Assembly (NCBI GenBank): GCA_009377445.1 | Contig: WHUA01000001.1 | Span: 582,725 to 646,724, forward strand | Source of the DNA: Alphaproteobacteria bacterium | Lineage (GTDB): Bacteria; Pseudomonadota; Alphaproteobacteria; UBA8366 | DNA length: 64,000 bases | Reading direction: 5' to 3' | Part shown: one piece after another, positions 62,819-64,000 of the stretch | Numbering within the stretch: the stretch's first letter is position 1 | How the letters are laid out: each line of letters starts with the position of its first letter | The notes under the pieces: generated by a model | Databases searched by the model: none | Told to the model about the DNA's origin: nothing | The model's input: the letters and a program-made list of their open reading frames with translations, nothing else | Position numbers and translations under genes: made by a program

Positions 62819-64000
62819 CGGCGCCGAACGGCCTCTACACCATCCCGGCGGGTGCGGCATTCGTCGATGCGCTGGCGGCCGGCGTCCTTGCCGAATGCAG
62901 CGAGCCGCTGGCGCTCGCGCGCTACACGATCCTGCTGCCGACGCGGCGCGCCTGCCGCGCCTTGCGCGAAGGCTTCCTGCGCGTCACCGGCGGCCGTCCG
63001 CTGCTGCTTCCCCGCATGCAGGCGATCGGCGACGTCGAGCCGGACATCGCCTCCTTCGGCGAGGCGCCGGGATTGGACGCCGCAGACCTGCCGCCCGCGA
63101 TCTCGGAACAGCGCCGCCTGCTGCTGCTCGCGCGGCGCATCCTCGAATGGAACGCCGGCCCCGAGGCGGGCCGGCAGGCCGAGATGACGCCCGACCATGC
63201 GGTGCGCCTCGCCGGGGAGCTGGCGCGGCTGATCGACCGCGTGCAGACCGAGCGGCTTTCCTTCGATGCGCTGCAATCTCTCGCGCCGCTCGAGCTGGCG
63301 CGACATTGGCTGCTGACGCTCGACTTCCTGCAGATCGTCACGCGGGACTGGCCCGCGATGCTGGCCGGGGAGGGCTGCCTGGACCCGGCCGAGCGCCGGA
63401 ACCTGCTGCTGCGCCGCCTCGCGGAACGCTGGGCGAACGAGTCGCCGCCCGGACCGGTGATCGCGGCAGGCTCGACGGGCAGCGTGCCGGCGACGGCGGA
63501 TCTCTTCGCCGTCATCGCCGGGTTGCCGCAGGGCCGCGTGGTGCTGCCGGGCCTCGATCGCGCGGCCGATGGGGAGACATGGGAGGCGATCCGGCAGGAC
63601 CAGACCCATCCGCAATACGGCATGGCGCGCCTGCTCGACCGGCTCGGCGTCGCGCTCGAGGAGGTCCGCGAATGGCCGCACGCCGCGTTCCGCCATCCCA
63701 CCGCCGAAGCGCGGTCGGCGCTTTTGGCGGAGGCGCTGCGGCCGGCGGAAACGACCGACCGCTGGCGCGCGCTCGGCGGTTTCGCGGCGACCGCCCGAAC
63801 GGCGCTCGGCGCCGATGGGGCATCCTTCACCCGGGTCGTGTGCGCGGGCGACAAGGAAGAGGGCGAGGTCATCGCCCTTCTGCTGCGGCATGCGCTGGAG
63901 ACCGACGGCAAGACGGCCGCCCTGGTGACGCCCGACCGGCGTCTCGCGCGCCGGGTCGCCGCGTCGCTGCGCCGCTGGGACATCGACATCGACGATTCCG
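62815..64000 (+). CDS. addB: Double-strand break repair protein AddB (alphaproteobacterial type), 3' end cut by window edge
   Basis: Absent from the ORF track because there is no stop in the window. Hand translation from ATG 62815 (ATGA overlap with the murU-like stop) gives MTAPNGLYTIPAGAAFVDALAAGVLAECSEPLALARYTILLPTRRACRALREGFLRVTGGRPLLLPRMQAIGDVEPD, a typical AddB N-terminus. The position after tsaE-amgK-murU is the usual one. Confidence 0.8.
   Translation, partial: MTAPNGLYTIPAGAAFVDALAAGVLAECSEPLALARYTILLPTRRACRALREGFLRVTGGRPLLLPRMQAIGDVEPDIASFGEAPGLDAADLPPAISEQRRLLLLARRILEWNAGPEAGRQAEMTPDHAVRLAGELARLIDRVQTERLSFDALQSLAPLELARHWLLTLDFLQIVTRDWPAMLAGEGCLDPAERRNLLLRRLAERWANESPPGPVIAAGSTGSVPATADLFAVIAGLPQGRVVLPGLDRAADGETWEAIRQDQTHPQYGMARLLDRLGVALEEVREWPHAAFRHPTAEARSALLAEALRPAETTDRWRALGGFAATARTALGADGASFTRVVCAGDKEEGEVIALLLRHALETDGKTAALVTPDRRLARRVAASLRRWDIDIDDS

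Overview
This is a high-GC alphaproteobacterial chromosome segment. It starts in the replication-initiation block (recF-dnaN-dnaA on the minus strand, then rpsT). Most of it is core housekeeping: mutM, ubiE-ubiB, coaBC-dut, Rrf2-cysK-MoeB-like, irr with a rubrerythrin/FeS/DUF3501 operon, a class A PBP, regB-regA, hldE, polA, pckA, Sco/SenC, the chvI-chvG-hprK-rapZ-EIIA(Man)-HPr block, ahcY and tsaE-amgK-murU-addB. About 90 features are called. Four parts are not core. (1) A family of 101-105 bp two-hairpin, TA-flanked MITE-like elements has 4 full copies and 1 internally deleted copy. All sit at reconstructed CTAG sites. In 4 of 5 cases the element is inserted in, and regenerates, the TAG stop codon of a gene; one copy lies between chvI and chvG. 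(2) A four-gene nitrile-hydratase-family cluster (47.4-49.2 kb) has a split beta subunit (thiocyanate-hydrolase-like layout), a tandemly duplicated beta N-domain gene and a His/Asp-rich tail on the alpha subunit. (3) A ~4 kb lower-GC, decayed island abuts tRNA-Arg(CCG). It carries ArsR/SRPBCC, a DHFR-family reductase, gene fragments and a ~40-nt imperfect direct repeat, but no integrase. (4) A small accessory patch holds a four-helix-bundle (Avd / 23S-IVS family) gene and an unassigned 297-aa protein. No CRISPR array, rRNA, prophage or transposase gene was seen. All homology statements come from reading the translations and from memory of protein families, not from database searches. Repeat detection was by eye and is not exhaustive.
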